From Candidatus Omnitrophota bacterium (GTDB lineage Bacteria > Omnitrophota > Gorgyraeia > B26-G9): a stretch of DNA of 64,000 bases. Position 1 is the stretch's first letter. Each line of letters starts with the position of its first letter. A program made the translations under genes and the position numbers. The notes under the pieces were generated by a model. It searched no databases. It saw only the letters and a list, made by a program, of their open reading frames with translations, and had not been told where the DNA came from. Positions 54,123 through 63,169 of the stretch are shown here, in pieces. Where the stretch lies: positions 176 to 64,175 of the forward strand of contig JAHIOQ010000032.1 of NCBI GenBank assembly GCA_018895275.1, given 5' to 3'.

Positions 54123-56162
54123 ATGAACATGGAATTTAAAAAGTGGGAAAAACCGCCGAAGGGCTCAAAAGAAGAAAAAGACATAGTGGATTTAATTAAA
54201 GCATTTATTTCTGCTCTGAAAAAAATTCCTCTTTACCCGGCTACACATCCGATGGTTACAGAATCGGTCTTGAAGCTTTTTCTCGGCCTGGGCGCTTTTT
54301 TTAAATCTTATGGTGATTTTAGCCTGGATGTTTTTGAAGATAAGATTTTAATTTGCGAAGAGTCATTGGATGAATTGCAAAACCTGGCAAAAGATCTTGT
54401 TCAGGAATTCAAAAAGATATCGGTTGTCGGAGTGACCTTTGTGAACGGCCTGAATGAAGCCGAACTTGAAAGCTTTCTCAAACTGCTTATGCTTAAACCG
54501 GAAGTGATTGTTCAGAGAGGCGGGATGAAGCAGATCCTTGAACAGGAACATATCGAACACATAGTCCTAAATGAAGTCCGTTTTGCCCGCATAAAAGAAG
54601 AAGAGGAGATCGTTAAGAAGGATGAAAAAGGGGGGTCAGGTTTAGGCACTGAAGCAGGCGGCACAGCCGCAGCTGCGGATCAAGAGCAAAAAGATAACGA
54701 TATTGTTGCCAGGGTAAGCGATTTCTTTACGGGCAAGTCGGATGCAGTGCCGGACAAAGAAGTTATTTCGTATCAGTTTAAGAAAAATACCCGCCGCCTG
54801 GTTAAGCAGATATTAAAATTGATCGGGCCGGAAAAGGCGGTGGAAGAGGTGCTGAAAATTATTGAAGAGCGGTTTCAAAAGGCCGGGTTTACGGAAGAAG
54901 AGCAGGATGTCCTGGTGGAAAAATTAAATATGGAAACCATACGCCTGAAACAGCCCAAGGTGACTAAAAAAGATTTAGAAAAAGAGCTGAAGCTCTTAAG
55001 GGAAGAAAATTCCGTGTTTAAAGTAAAGTTGAATCAGACGGAGGGACTGATAGAGGCGGCGGTTAAAAAATCTACGGAAGAGATGGTTCAGGAAAATCGG
55101 AAGATTAAGCGCGAAAAACAGCGTATTAATTCTGTTTTGCGCCATGTCGCGGAAGGCCTGGTGATTATTGATAATGACGGCAAAGTGCTGCTGCTCAATC
55201 CGGCGGCGGAAGAGTTGTTCGGCGTAAGTAAAGAAAATAAAATCGGACAGCATATTTTGGAAGGGCTGCAGGAAGGACAGATGGTGAGCCTTTCCAAGGA
55301 TAAACATCAGGAGTTTGAGATAGAATTGGCCGGCTCGGATGAAAAGACGAAAAAGACTTTGCGCGCCAGTAATGCGGTTATCGAAAGCCCGGAAGGTGAA
55401 ACGATTGGTGTGGTTTCGGTTTTGAGCGATATTACCAAGCAAAAAGAACTGGAACGCATGAAAGATACGTTTGTATCTAATGTTACGCATGATTTGCGCG
55501 CGCCGCTTATTTCTATTCAAAAGAGTATATCGCTTATTTTAGAATCGGCAAAAGAGCCCCTGCCTCAAGAGCAAAAACAGTTCCTGGAGATTGCCAATAA
55601 TAGCGCCACCCGCTTAATGGGTCTTGTCAATGACCTGCTTGATGTGGCAAAGCTGGAGGCCGGGCGCGTGCCTTTGGAGTATACGCACGTGTCTTTGCCT
55701 AACGTGGTCGAAAGCGTTTTTAGCACGCTTTCGGTCTGGGCCGGCAGCCGGGGTGTGGAGTTAAAAAAAGAAGGATTGGAATCGCTAGAATTCGACGCGG
55801 ATGAAAAGCTGCTTAATCAGGTATTTACCAATCTTGTCGGTAATGCGATAAAATTTACGCCGGCCGGCGGCAGTGTTGCGATAAAAGCGGAGAAGGCGGA
55901 TAAGGAAGTGAAGATTTCCGTTATCGATACCGGATGCGGTATTCCTGCCGATAGCCTGGGGCGTATTTTCGAAAAGTTCGAACAAACCAGGGCAATACCG
56001 GTCGGTAATGCCCCGAAAGGCTCAGGCCTGGGGCTGGCGATCGTTAAGGATATTGTGCAATTGCACGGGGGAAAGGTTTGGGCTGAAAGTGAAGTGGGCA
56101 AAGGAAGCGCGTTTATCTTTATGATTCCGCAGCAAAAAGAGGTGCTTGATATTCGTGACTGA
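54123..56162 (+). CDS. cytoplasmic sensor histidine kinase (N-terminal unknown domain, coiled coil, PAS, HisKA, HATPase_c)
   Basis: PAS LRHVAEGLVIIDNDGKVLLLNPAAEELFG, H-box FVSNVTHDLRAPL, N-box NLVGNAIKFT, and G-boxes DTGCGI and GSGLGLAIV. Confidence 0.88.
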   Translation: MNMEFKKWEKPPKGSKEEKDIVDLIKAFISALKKIPLYPATHPMVTESVLKLFLGLGAFFKSYGDFSLDVFEDKILICEESLDELQNLAKDLVQEFKKISVVGVTFVNGLNEAELESFLKLLMLKPEVIVQRGGMKQILEQEHIEHIVLNEVRFARIKEEEEIVKKDEKGGSGLGTEAGGTAAAADQEQKDNDIVARVSDFFTGKSDAVPDKEVISYQFKKNTRRLVKQILKLIGPEKAVEEVLKIIEERFQKAGFTEEEQDVLVEKLNMETIRLKQPKVTKKDLEKELKLLREENSVFKVKLNQTEGLIEAAVKKSTEEMVQENRKIKREKQRINSVLRHVAEGLVIIDNDGKVLLLNPAAEELFGVSKENKIGQHILEGLQEGQMVSLSKDKHQEFEIELAGSDEKTKKTLRASNAVIESPEGETIGVVSVLSDITKQKELERMKDTFVSNVTHDLRAPLISIQKSISLILESAKEPLPQEQKQFLEIANNSATRLMGLVNDLLDVAKLEAGRVPLEYTHVSLPNVVESVFSTLSVWAGSRGVELKKEGLESLEFDADEKLLNQVFTNLVGNAIKFTPAGGSVAIKAEKADKEVKISVIDTGCGIPADSLGRIFEKFEQTRAIPVGNAPKGSGLGLAIVKDIVQLHGGKVWAESEVGKGSAFIFMIPQQKEVLDIRD

Positions 56163-57939
56163 TTTTGCCGTAATAAACGATTTTCTTTTAGAAGTGCAGA
56201 AACCGGCGCGCTATATTGGCAGTGAATTCAATAGCGTTCATAAGCATCTGACGCCGGATATGATTCATTTTGCCGTGTGTTTTCCCGATGCCTATGAAAT
56301 CGGGATGAGCCATCTGGGTTTAAAGATAATTTATGATATCCTGAACCGGCAGGATGATGTTTTTTGCGAGCGTTGTTTTACTCCCTGGACGGATATGGAG
56401 CAGCAGCTTCGCCGGCGCGGTATCCCTTTGTTTGGACTGGAAAGCAAGACGCCCTTGTCGGAATTCGATATTATCGGTTTTTCCCTGCAGTATGAACTTG
56501 GCTATACAAATGTCCTGAACATGCTCAATCTGGCAAACATTCCTTTGTCTTCGCGTGAACGGCTGCGCCATCCGCTGGTTATTGCCGGAGGGCCTTGCTG
56601 TTATAACCCGGAACCGTTATCCGAATTTATTGATGTTTTTTTTCTCGGCGAAGCGGAGGATATGCTGCTTGAGTTTACGGCGCTTTACCGCACTTTTAAA
56701 AATAACACGGCTGCCTTAGAGAAAAATGATGATGCGGCTTACGCAAAGGAGAAAGAAAATTTTTTAAGGCAAGCGGCAGGGATCGAAGGTTTATACCTGC
56801 CGCGTTTTTACGAATACCGGCAAGCCGGCGGCAAGGGGTTTTGCCGTATCCCGCTTTTTCCGGAAGCCGCGGCAAAGATTAAACGCCGTTTTCTGGATTC
56901 GTTGGAAAATAACGATTACGCTACTTCGCCGCCGGTACCGTTTATTGAAGTGGTGCATGACCGCATAAACCTGGAGATAATGCGGGGCTGCCCTAACCGC
57001 TGCTTGTTCTGTCAGGCGGGATTTACGATGAATCCGGTGCGTGTCCGCAGCGTGGAAAAGGTGCGCCGGATGGCGGAGAAGACGTGGCGTGCTACCGGCT
57101 ATGATACCCTTTCGTTCTGCGCGCTTTCCAGCGCGAGCTATCCGTATCTTAAAGAGCTGATAATGAGCCTGCACGCATTTTGCGCGGAAAGAGGCCTGGG
57201 TATATCTTTGCCGTCATTAAGAATCGATAAAGAGTTTTTGGGAATAATCTCCATGTTGGGAGAGCTGAAAAAAACCGGACTGACTTTTGCCCCGGAAGCG
57301 GGCAGTCTGCGTTTGCGTAAAGTGATTAATAAAAATATTGACGTGGGGGAATTGAAAGAAGCGGTGCTTGAGGCATATCGTGCCGGATGGCGGCGGCTGA
57401 AACTTTACTTTATGATTGGGCTTCCCACGGAAACGGAAGAGGATTTGCTCTGCATGATAAATTTGATCGAAGAGTTTTCCTCTCTGCGTAAAGCGATAGA
57501 CGGCCGGCGCGGAAAGGTCAGTATCGGTATCTCCAATTATATACCGAAACCGCATACTCCGTTTCAATGGCTGGGGATGGATGATATGAGCAGCTTGTCC
57601 GCAAAACAGGAATTCCTGCGCCGTCGTTTAAGCGGCAAATATCTTGATGTAGACTTTCATAATGTTCGGATGAGTTACGTGGAAGCATACCTTTCCCGTG
57701 CGGACCGTTCTGCCGCGGCCGTGATAAAAAAAGCCTTTGAAAACGGCGCGCGGTTCGATGCCTGGACAGATAAATTTAATTTTAATATTTGGATGGATGC
57801 ATTCCGGCAGGCGGAAATTGCTCCGGACTACTTTGTGCATAAGCATCACGATTTTCAAGCTTGCCTGCCGTGGGAGCACATCGACTGCGGGGTCCGGCGT
57901 CAGGCCCTGCAGGAGAGTTGTGTCAAATCCGGTGTTTGA
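56146..57939 (+). CDS. B12-binding-domain radical SAM protein (TIGR03960-like)
   Basis: VQKPARYIGSEFN start pattern and the CxxxCxxC motif in LEIMRGCPNRCLFCQAG. The start is TTG 56146 or GTG 56155. Confidence 0.8.
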   Translation: MIFVTDFAVINDFLLEVQKPARYIGSEFNSVHKHLTPDMIHFAVCFPDAYEIGMSHLGLKIIYDILNRQDDVFCERCFTPWTDMEQQLRRRGIPLFGLESKTPLSEFDIIGFSLQYELGYTNVLNMLNLANIPLSSRERLRHPLVIAGGPCCYNPEPLSEFIDVFFLGEAEDMLLEFTALYRTFKNNTAALEKNDDAAYAKEKENFLRQAAGIEGLYLPRFYEYRQAGGKGFCRIPLFPEAAAKIKRRFLDSLENNDYATSPPVPFIEVVHDRINLEIMRGCPNRCLFCQAGFTMNPVRVRSVEKVRRMAEKTWRATGYDTLSFCALSSASYPYLKELIMSLHAFCAERGLGISLPSLRIDKEFLGIISMLGELKKTGLTFAPEAGSLRLRKVINKNIDVGELKEAVLEAYRAGWRRLKLYFMIGLPTETEEDLLCMINLIEEFSSLRKAIDGRRGKVSIGISNYIPKPHTPFQWLGMDDMSSLSAKQEFLRRRLSGKYLDVDFHNVRMSYVEAYLSRADRSAAAVIKKAFENGARFDAWTDKFNFNIWMDAFRQAEIAPDYFVHKHHDFQACLPWEHIDCGVRRQALQESCVKSGV

Positions 57940-58002
57940 CTTAGTTTAAGATATATGTTATATTCATTCAAGTAATAACTTATCAGGAAAAACAGGTGAT
58001 AT

Positions 58003-59073
58003 ATGGCATCTAATATAGAAAAATTACTTAATATTATGCTGGAAAAAGGGGGCTCGGATTTACATATCCACGCGGAAACTTTTCCTATAGTAAGAATTAA
58101 TGGTAAATTGACGGCAGTTGAAAAGGATGTCTTGTCTGCGGAAGACTCGAAAAAACTGGTTTATGCTTTGCTGAATGAAACGGAAATAAAAATTCTGGAA
58201 AAAAGAAAAGAGCTGGATAAAGGCTTTTCTCTTGAGGATAAAGGGCGGTTTCGTTTAAATGCGTTTTACCATAGAGGGGCGGTATGTGCGGCAATCCGCT
58301 CCGTACCGTTGACGGTACCTGATTTTAAGACATTGGGGCTGCCGGAAGAACAGATGGCAAGTATCTGCAGAAGCAAAAGCGGGCTGGTGTTGGTTACAGG
58401 AGCAACCGGGGTAGGGAAAACCACCACGCTGGCGTCAATTGTTGACCGGATTAATGCCGAACGTTACTGTCATATTATAACAATCGAGGATCCCGTCGAG
58501 GTTGTGCATAAAAACAAAAAGAGTATTATTACCCAGAGAGAAGTGGGAAATGATACGCTTGGTTTTGGCCCTGCCCTAAAGTATATATTGCGTCAGGATC
58601 CGGATGTCATTCTTATTGGTGAAATGCGTGATTTTGAGACAATACAGGCGGCGCTTAATATCGCTGAAACCGGGCATTTGGTATTTGCCACATTACATAC
58701 TACGGATTGTGTGCAGACAATTAACCGAATTATCGACGTTTTTCCGGGGTCTCAACAGTCACAGGTACGCACGCAGCTTTCCTACGTTTTGTTGGCGACC
58801 ATTTCTCAACAGCTGCTGCCAAAGACGGACTCTAGCGGCCTGTGTTTAGCGGTGGAGATAATGGTTTCCAACTTTGGAGTCAGGACGATGATTCGGGAAG
58901 ATAAAATTCATCAGATATTTTCTATGATTCAAACCGGGCAGAAAGAAGGCATGAAGACAATGAACCAATCCTTGTTCGAACTTTACCGTGAGGGGAAAAT
59001 CAGCTATCAGGAGGCTTCATTGCATGTGAGTGATCTTGAAGATTTCAAGCGTTTTTTTAAAGATGGAAGGTAG
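58003..59073 (+). CDS. pilT: type IV pilus retraction ATPase PilT (copy 1)
   Basis: GGSDLHI, Walker A GATGVGKTTT, Asp box ITIEDPVE, Walker B ILIGEMRD, and His box GHLVFATLHT. Confidence 0.9.
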   Translation: MASNIEKLLNIMLEKGGSDLHIHAETFPIVRINGKLTAVEKDVLSAEDSKKLVYALLNETEIKILEKRKELDKGFSLEDKGRFRLNAFYHRGAVCAAIRSVPLTVPDFKTLGLPEEQMASICRSKSGLVLVTGATGVGKTTTLASIVDRINAERYCHIITIEDPVEVVHKNKKSIITQREVGNDTLGFGPALKYILRQDPDVILIGEMRDFETIQAALNIAETGHLVFATLHTTDCVQTINRIIDVFPGSQQSQVRTQLSYVLLATISQQLLPKTDSSGLCLAVEIMVSNFGVRTMIREDKIHQIFSMIQTGQKEGMKTMNQSLFELYREGKISYQEASLHVSDLEDFKRFFKDGR

Positions 59074-59121
59074 ATACTAATAATTTTTGACAGAACGTGC
59101 TAATAGACAAGAGGTGGAATT

Positions 59122-59520
59122 ATGAGCGAAGAAACGAAGGTTCTGCTTGTTGATGATGACGTTGATTTTATCAATATGATGCAGTATTGGCTGAAGAGCC
59201 GGAAATTTAACGTGGATGTTTTATATAGCGGCGAGCACGTTATCGAGTGGGTTAAGACCAATAATTATCATATTATCTTTCTTGATTTAAAGCTTCCGGG
59301 GGCAGACGGTATTGAAATCCTGCGGCAAATCCGCAGTTTCAGCAAGATGCCGGTTATCATTTTCAGCGCATACGGCACCAAAGAGAGCCTGCATCAAGCC
59401 ACCCAGCTCGGTATTTCGGGCTTTTTTGCGAAAGAAAAGGGGTTTGAGGAGGCCGCACGGCTTATCTATACGGCATTAAGAATTCATAAAGGGTTGTCAA
59501 CAGAGGAAAAAAGAGGTTAA
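59122..59520 (+). CDS. single-domain response regulator (CheY-like receiver)
   Basis: VLLVDDDVDF, IIFLDLKLPGADG and the conserved K region VIIFSAYG. Confidence 0.88.
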   Translation: MSEETKVLLVDDDVDFINMMQYWLKSRKFNVDVLYSGEHVIEWVKTNNYHIIFLDLKLPGADGIEILRQIRSFSKMPVIIFSAYGTKESLHQATQLGISGFFAKEKGFEEAARLIYTALRIHKGLSTEEKRG

Positions 59521-59521
59521 G

Positions 59522-60586
59522 ATGGCAATAGAGATGGCGAAATTATTACAGTTGCTTATTGAAAGAAAAGGCTCTGACTTGCATCTGGGCGCGAATTCTC
59601 CGCCGTATTTGCGAATTGATGAAAACCTTGTGCCCGCGGACCCGGCGGTTCTTTCGACAACAGAAGTGCGGGAACTGATTTATAGCCTTTTGTCTCCGGA
59701 AGAAGTGGAGATATTCGAAAGAGAGAAGGAATTGGACCGGTCTTTTGAAGTGGAAGGCCTGAGTCGGTTTCGTATGAACATATTTTTTCAGCGCGGATAT
59801 GTAGGGGCGGCGCTGCGCGTGATTCCGTTTAAGATTTCGACATTTTCCGAGTGCGGCCTGCCGGTAAAGGTTATTACGGAGCTTTCCCGTAGGCCGAAAG
59901 GGCTGGTACTTGTAACCGGGGCTACCGGTTGCGGTAAGTCAACGACCCTGGCTTCGATTGTTGATAAAGTTAACGACGAACGCCAGTGCCATATTATCAC
60001 CGTGGAAGATCCGATAGAATTTGTTCACCGCAATAAGAGAGCGGTTATCGACCAGCGCGAGGTCGGACAGGATACCAAGACTTTTGCCAGGGCCTTGAAG
60101 TATGTATTGAGGCAGGATCCCGATGTGATTCTCATCGGCGAAATGAGAGATATGGAGACCATAGAGGCGGCGCTTACGATTGCGGAAACCGGCCATCTGG
60201 TTTTTGCCACGCTGCATACTTCCGATGCGGTACAGACGATAAACCGGATTATCGATGTATTTCCTTCGCATCAACAGCAGCAGGTGAGGACACAGCTTTC
60301 CTTTGTGTTATTGGGAATCCTTTCTCAACAGTTGATTCCGAAAGTCGGAGGCGCAGGCCGCGTGCTGGCTTTGGAGGTTATGGTGGCAACGGCTGCGTTA
60401 AAAAGTATGATTCGGGAACAGAAAGGCCACCAGATTTATTCGATTATTCAAACCGGACAGAAAGAGGGCATGGTCACGATGAATCAGTCTCTGTGCGATC
60501 TTTACGTGCGTAAACTGATTTCTTATGAACATGCCATAGGCCGGTCAATGGACCCGGATGATCTTATTCGGCTTTTAAAGAAGTAA
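59522..60586 (+). CDS. pilT: type IV pilus retraction ATPase PilT (copy 2)
   Basis: GSDLHL, GATGCGKSTT, ITVEDPIE, ILIGEMRD and GHLVFATLHT. Confidence 0.9.
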   Translation: MAIEMAKLLQLLIERKGSDLHLGANSPPYLRIDENLVPADPAVLSTTEVRELIYSLLSPEEVEIFEREKELDRSFEVEGLSRFRMNIFFQRGYVGAALRVIPFKISTFSECGLPVKVITELSRRPKGLVLVTGATGCGKSTTLASIVDKVNDERQCHIITVEDPIEFVHRNKRAVIDQREVGQDTKTFARALKYVLRQDPDVILIGEMRDMETIEAALTIAETGHLVFATLHTSDAVQTINRIIDVFPSHQQQQVRTQLSFVLLGILSQQLIPKVGGAGRVLALEVMVATAALKSMIREQKGHQIYSIIQTGQKEGMVTMNQSLCDLYVRKLISYEHAIGRSMDPDDLIRLLKK

Positions 60587-60616
60587 TTAAAAATCTGCGC
60601 CGTGGGGAATCCATTT

Positions 60617-61231
60617 ATGGCTGTAAAAAAATCAAAAACCAAGCAATTAGGCAATATGTTAATTGAAAAGAACCTGCTTACCCAGGAGCAGCTTGATGCC
60701 GCTCTGGAGGTTCAGCTTAAAGAAGGGGGGCTGCTGGGGCAGATTCTTGTTAAGCTTGGTTTTGTTACGAAAGAACAGATAGAAAACAGCATTTCGGAAC
60801 AAACGGATAGCGCGCAGAAACTGGAGAATGTCTTGATGGAGATGGGCATTATTTCCTCTGAGCAACTGGTCCAGGCGAAGGAAATTCAAAATAAACAAAG
60901 TGGGCTCCTGTCGAAGATTTTAATCAACCTGGGATTTCTTAGTGAGGAGGATTTGGTAAGCAACATGGTAACTCAATTCGGGTTTCCTTATTTGCAATTG
61001 ACGAATTACGAGATTGATGCTGAAATCGTAAAATTGGTGCCCAAAGAAACTGCCTTGAAATATTATCTTATTCCTATCGATCAAATCGGAAATATTCTCA
61101 CGCTGTCCATGGCGGATCCTCTCAATGCTGCCGCGCAGGACGAAATCAGGAAGATAACTGCGCTAAATGTTGAAACATTTATTTCTACCTTTTCTGATAT
61201 TAATAATGCGATTGAAAAGTATTACGTATAA
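60617..61231 (+). CDS. standalone GspE/MshE N-terminal domain protein with four MshEN-like 24-residue motifs and no ATPase domain
   Basis: Four motifs: QLGNMLIEKNLLTQEQLDAALEVQ, LLGQILVKLGFVTKEQIENSISEQ, KLENVLMEMGIISSEQLVQAKEIQ and LLSKILINLGFLSEEDLVSNMVTQ. Then T2SSE_N-like FGFPYLQL..LIPIDQIGNILTLSMADPLN. Confidence 0.75.
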   Translation: MAVKKSKTKQLGNMLIEKNLLTQEQLDAALEVQLKEGGLLGQILVKLGFVTKEQIENSISEQTDSAQKLENVLMEMGIISSEQLVQAKEIQNKQSGLLSKILINLGFLSEEDLVSNMVTQFGFPYLQLTNYEIDAEIVKLVPKETALKYYLIPIDQIGNILTLSMADPLNAAAQDEIRKITALNVETFISTFSDINNAIEKYYV

Positions 61232-61256
61232 CGCCGGCATTGTTGAGGTCTAGGTC

Positions 61257-62972
61257 ATGGTTCAAAGTGTAATAGAGAAAATGCTCGAAGTCTTAACCCG
61301 GTCCAACTTTCTTACCAAGGAGCAGTTGGATGAGGCGATTGAAACGCAGCATAAAACCGGCCGGCGTTTGAGCGAAGTATTGACGACGATGGGGTACATC
61401 AGCCAAAAGGACCTCGTTATCGTTTTCAGCCAGAGCCTGCGTATCCCGCCGATAAATCTCGCGAAAATTAAGATAGACCCGGAGGTCGCTAAAATCGTTT
61501 CGCGGCTTACGGCGGAGAAATATCAGGTGATACCGGTTTCGCGCATCGGTAAAGTCTTGACGATAGCCATGGTTGATCCGCTCAATATCCTGGCCATAGA
61601 TGAATTAAAAGTACTTACTAATTATGAATTGAAAGTAGTTGTTGCCGGCGAAGCGGAAATGAAGGCGGCCATCGATAATTACTATAGCGTATCGACGAAT
61701 GAACAGCTCCGCGGATTTATAGATAATGTAAAAGATATGGGACTGGAGATTATAGAGGAAAAAGAAGCGCCGGAGGTGTCCGTAAATACGCAGCAGCTGC
61801 TTCGGGACATTGAAGGCGCGCCGGTTGTAAAAGTTACGAATATGATACTTACCGACGCGATAAAAAAACAGGCGAGTGATATTTTGATTGAACCGCAGGA
61901 AAAGAAACTGCGCTTGAGGTATCGTCTCGACGGAATTCTGCAGGAATTTCCGCCGCCGCCGAAATCGATGCAGGAAGCAATTGTTTCGCGTATTAAGGTT
62001 ATGTCGGTTTTGAATATTGCCGAGCATCGGTTGCCGCAGGACGGCAGGTTTAAAATAAAGATACATGACCGTGAAGTTGATTTTCGCGTTTCGATTATGC
62101 CCACAAGCCACGGAGAAAAAGTCGCGCTGCGTGTTTTGGATAAGGCCGTAGTAGTGCTGGACATAGATAAAATGGGATTTGAGGCCGAACCGCTTAAAAA
62201 TATCAAAGAAATTTCGCTTGAGCCGCATGGTATGATATTGGTTTGCGGCCCGACCGGCAGCGGAAAATCAACCACGCTTTACAGTATTCTTAAGTATGTG
62301 GACGATCCGGAAAAGAATATATGTACTGCGGAAGATCCGGTCGAATACCAGCTGGCGGGAGTGAACCAGGTCAACGTGCATCCTGAGGTGGGGTTCACGT
62401 TTGCTTTGGCCCTGCGCTCATTTCTGCGCCAGGACCCCGATGTGATCATGGTCGGTGAAATCCGCGACGTGGAGACGCTGGATATCGGGATTAAAGCGGC
62501 GCTTACCGGGCACCTGGTCTTAAGTACACTGCATACAACCGAGGCGGCGGGCGCGGTGACCAGAATGGTAAATATGGGGATTGAGCCGTTTCTGATTACT
62601 TCTTCCTGCCTTTTAATCTGCGCGCAGCGTTTGATACGAAAACTTTGCCCCTTTTGCAAAAATGCCTATGCCATAACTGCGGAGATAAGGGAAAAATTCA
62701 GGATTACCGGTGAGTTTAAAGAATTGTACCGGGCGAAAGGCTGCCCGAAATGCGAAAATACCGGGTATCGCGGCAGAATCGGCCTATGCGAGGTTTTAGT
62801 CCTGACCCCGGCGGTTAGAGATTTGATTATGCAGCGGGCGCAGGAAAACGAGCTTAAGGCACTGGCGCGCAAAGAAGGCATGAGCACCTTGCGGGAAAAC
62901 GGAGTTACCAAGGCATTGAAAGGTATTACAACGTTAGAAGAAATTACCCGGCTGACGGTTGCGGACAGCTAA
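61257..62972 (+). CDS. pilB: type IV pilus assembly ATPase PilB/GspE family (copy 1)
   Basis: N-terminal MshEN-like motifs, Walker A GPTGSGKSTT, EDPVEYQL, IMVGEIRD, GHLVLSTLHT, and a tetracysteine CPFC..CPKC. Confidence 0.9.
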   Translation: MVQSVIEKMLEVLTRSNFLTKEQLDEAIETQHKTGRRLSEVLTTMGYISQKDLVIVFSQSLRIPPINLAKIKIDPEVAKIVSRLTAEKYQVIPVSRIGKVLTIAMVDPLNILAIDELKVLTNYELKVVVAGEAEMKAAIDNYYSVSTNEQLRGFIDNVKDMGLEIIEEKEAPEVSVNTQQLLRDIEGAPVVKVTNMILTDAIKKQASDILIEPQEKKLRLRYRLDGILQEFPPPPKSMQEAIVSRIKVMSVLNIAEHRLPQDGRFKIKIHDREVDFRVSIMPTSHGEKVALRVLDKAVVVLDIDKMGFEAEPLKNIKEISLEPHGMILVCGPTGSGKSTTLYSILKYVDDPEKNICTAEDPVEYQLAGVNQVNVHPEVGFTFALALRSFLRQDPDVIMVGEIRDVETLDIGIKAALTGHLVLSTLHTTEAAGAVTRMVNMGIEPFLITSSCLLICAQRLIRKLCPFCKNAYAITAEIREKFRITGEFKELYRAKGCPKCENTGYRGRIGLCEVLVLTPAVRDLIMQRAQENELKALARKEGMSTLRENGVTKALKGITTLEEITRLTVADS

Positions 62973-63151
62973 CCCGGATATTTCATACTAACTTCGCAGC
63001 GAAGCGGCGTAGATACTTGTGTATACGAAGGTTGCGACTGAAGAGCCCGCAGGCGTATCCGCTGTGATACGTCGAGGACTCTGATGAAGCAAACTGAAGT
63101 AGACGCAAGTAGATACGTTGCTGCAGTAGAAGGTAGTGTGAAATATTCGGG
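62972..63151. repeat. 180-bp element with CCCGRATATTTCA-type inverted termini between the two pilB genes
   Basis: CCCGGATATTTCATACTA (62972-62989) pairs with TAGTGTGAAATATTCGGG (63134-63151) over 18 bp, including two G-U-compatible positions. Internal words TAGATAC x3 and CTGAAG x2. Confidence 0.85.
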
Positions 63152-63169
63152 CTAAGGAAGGGAGAATTA

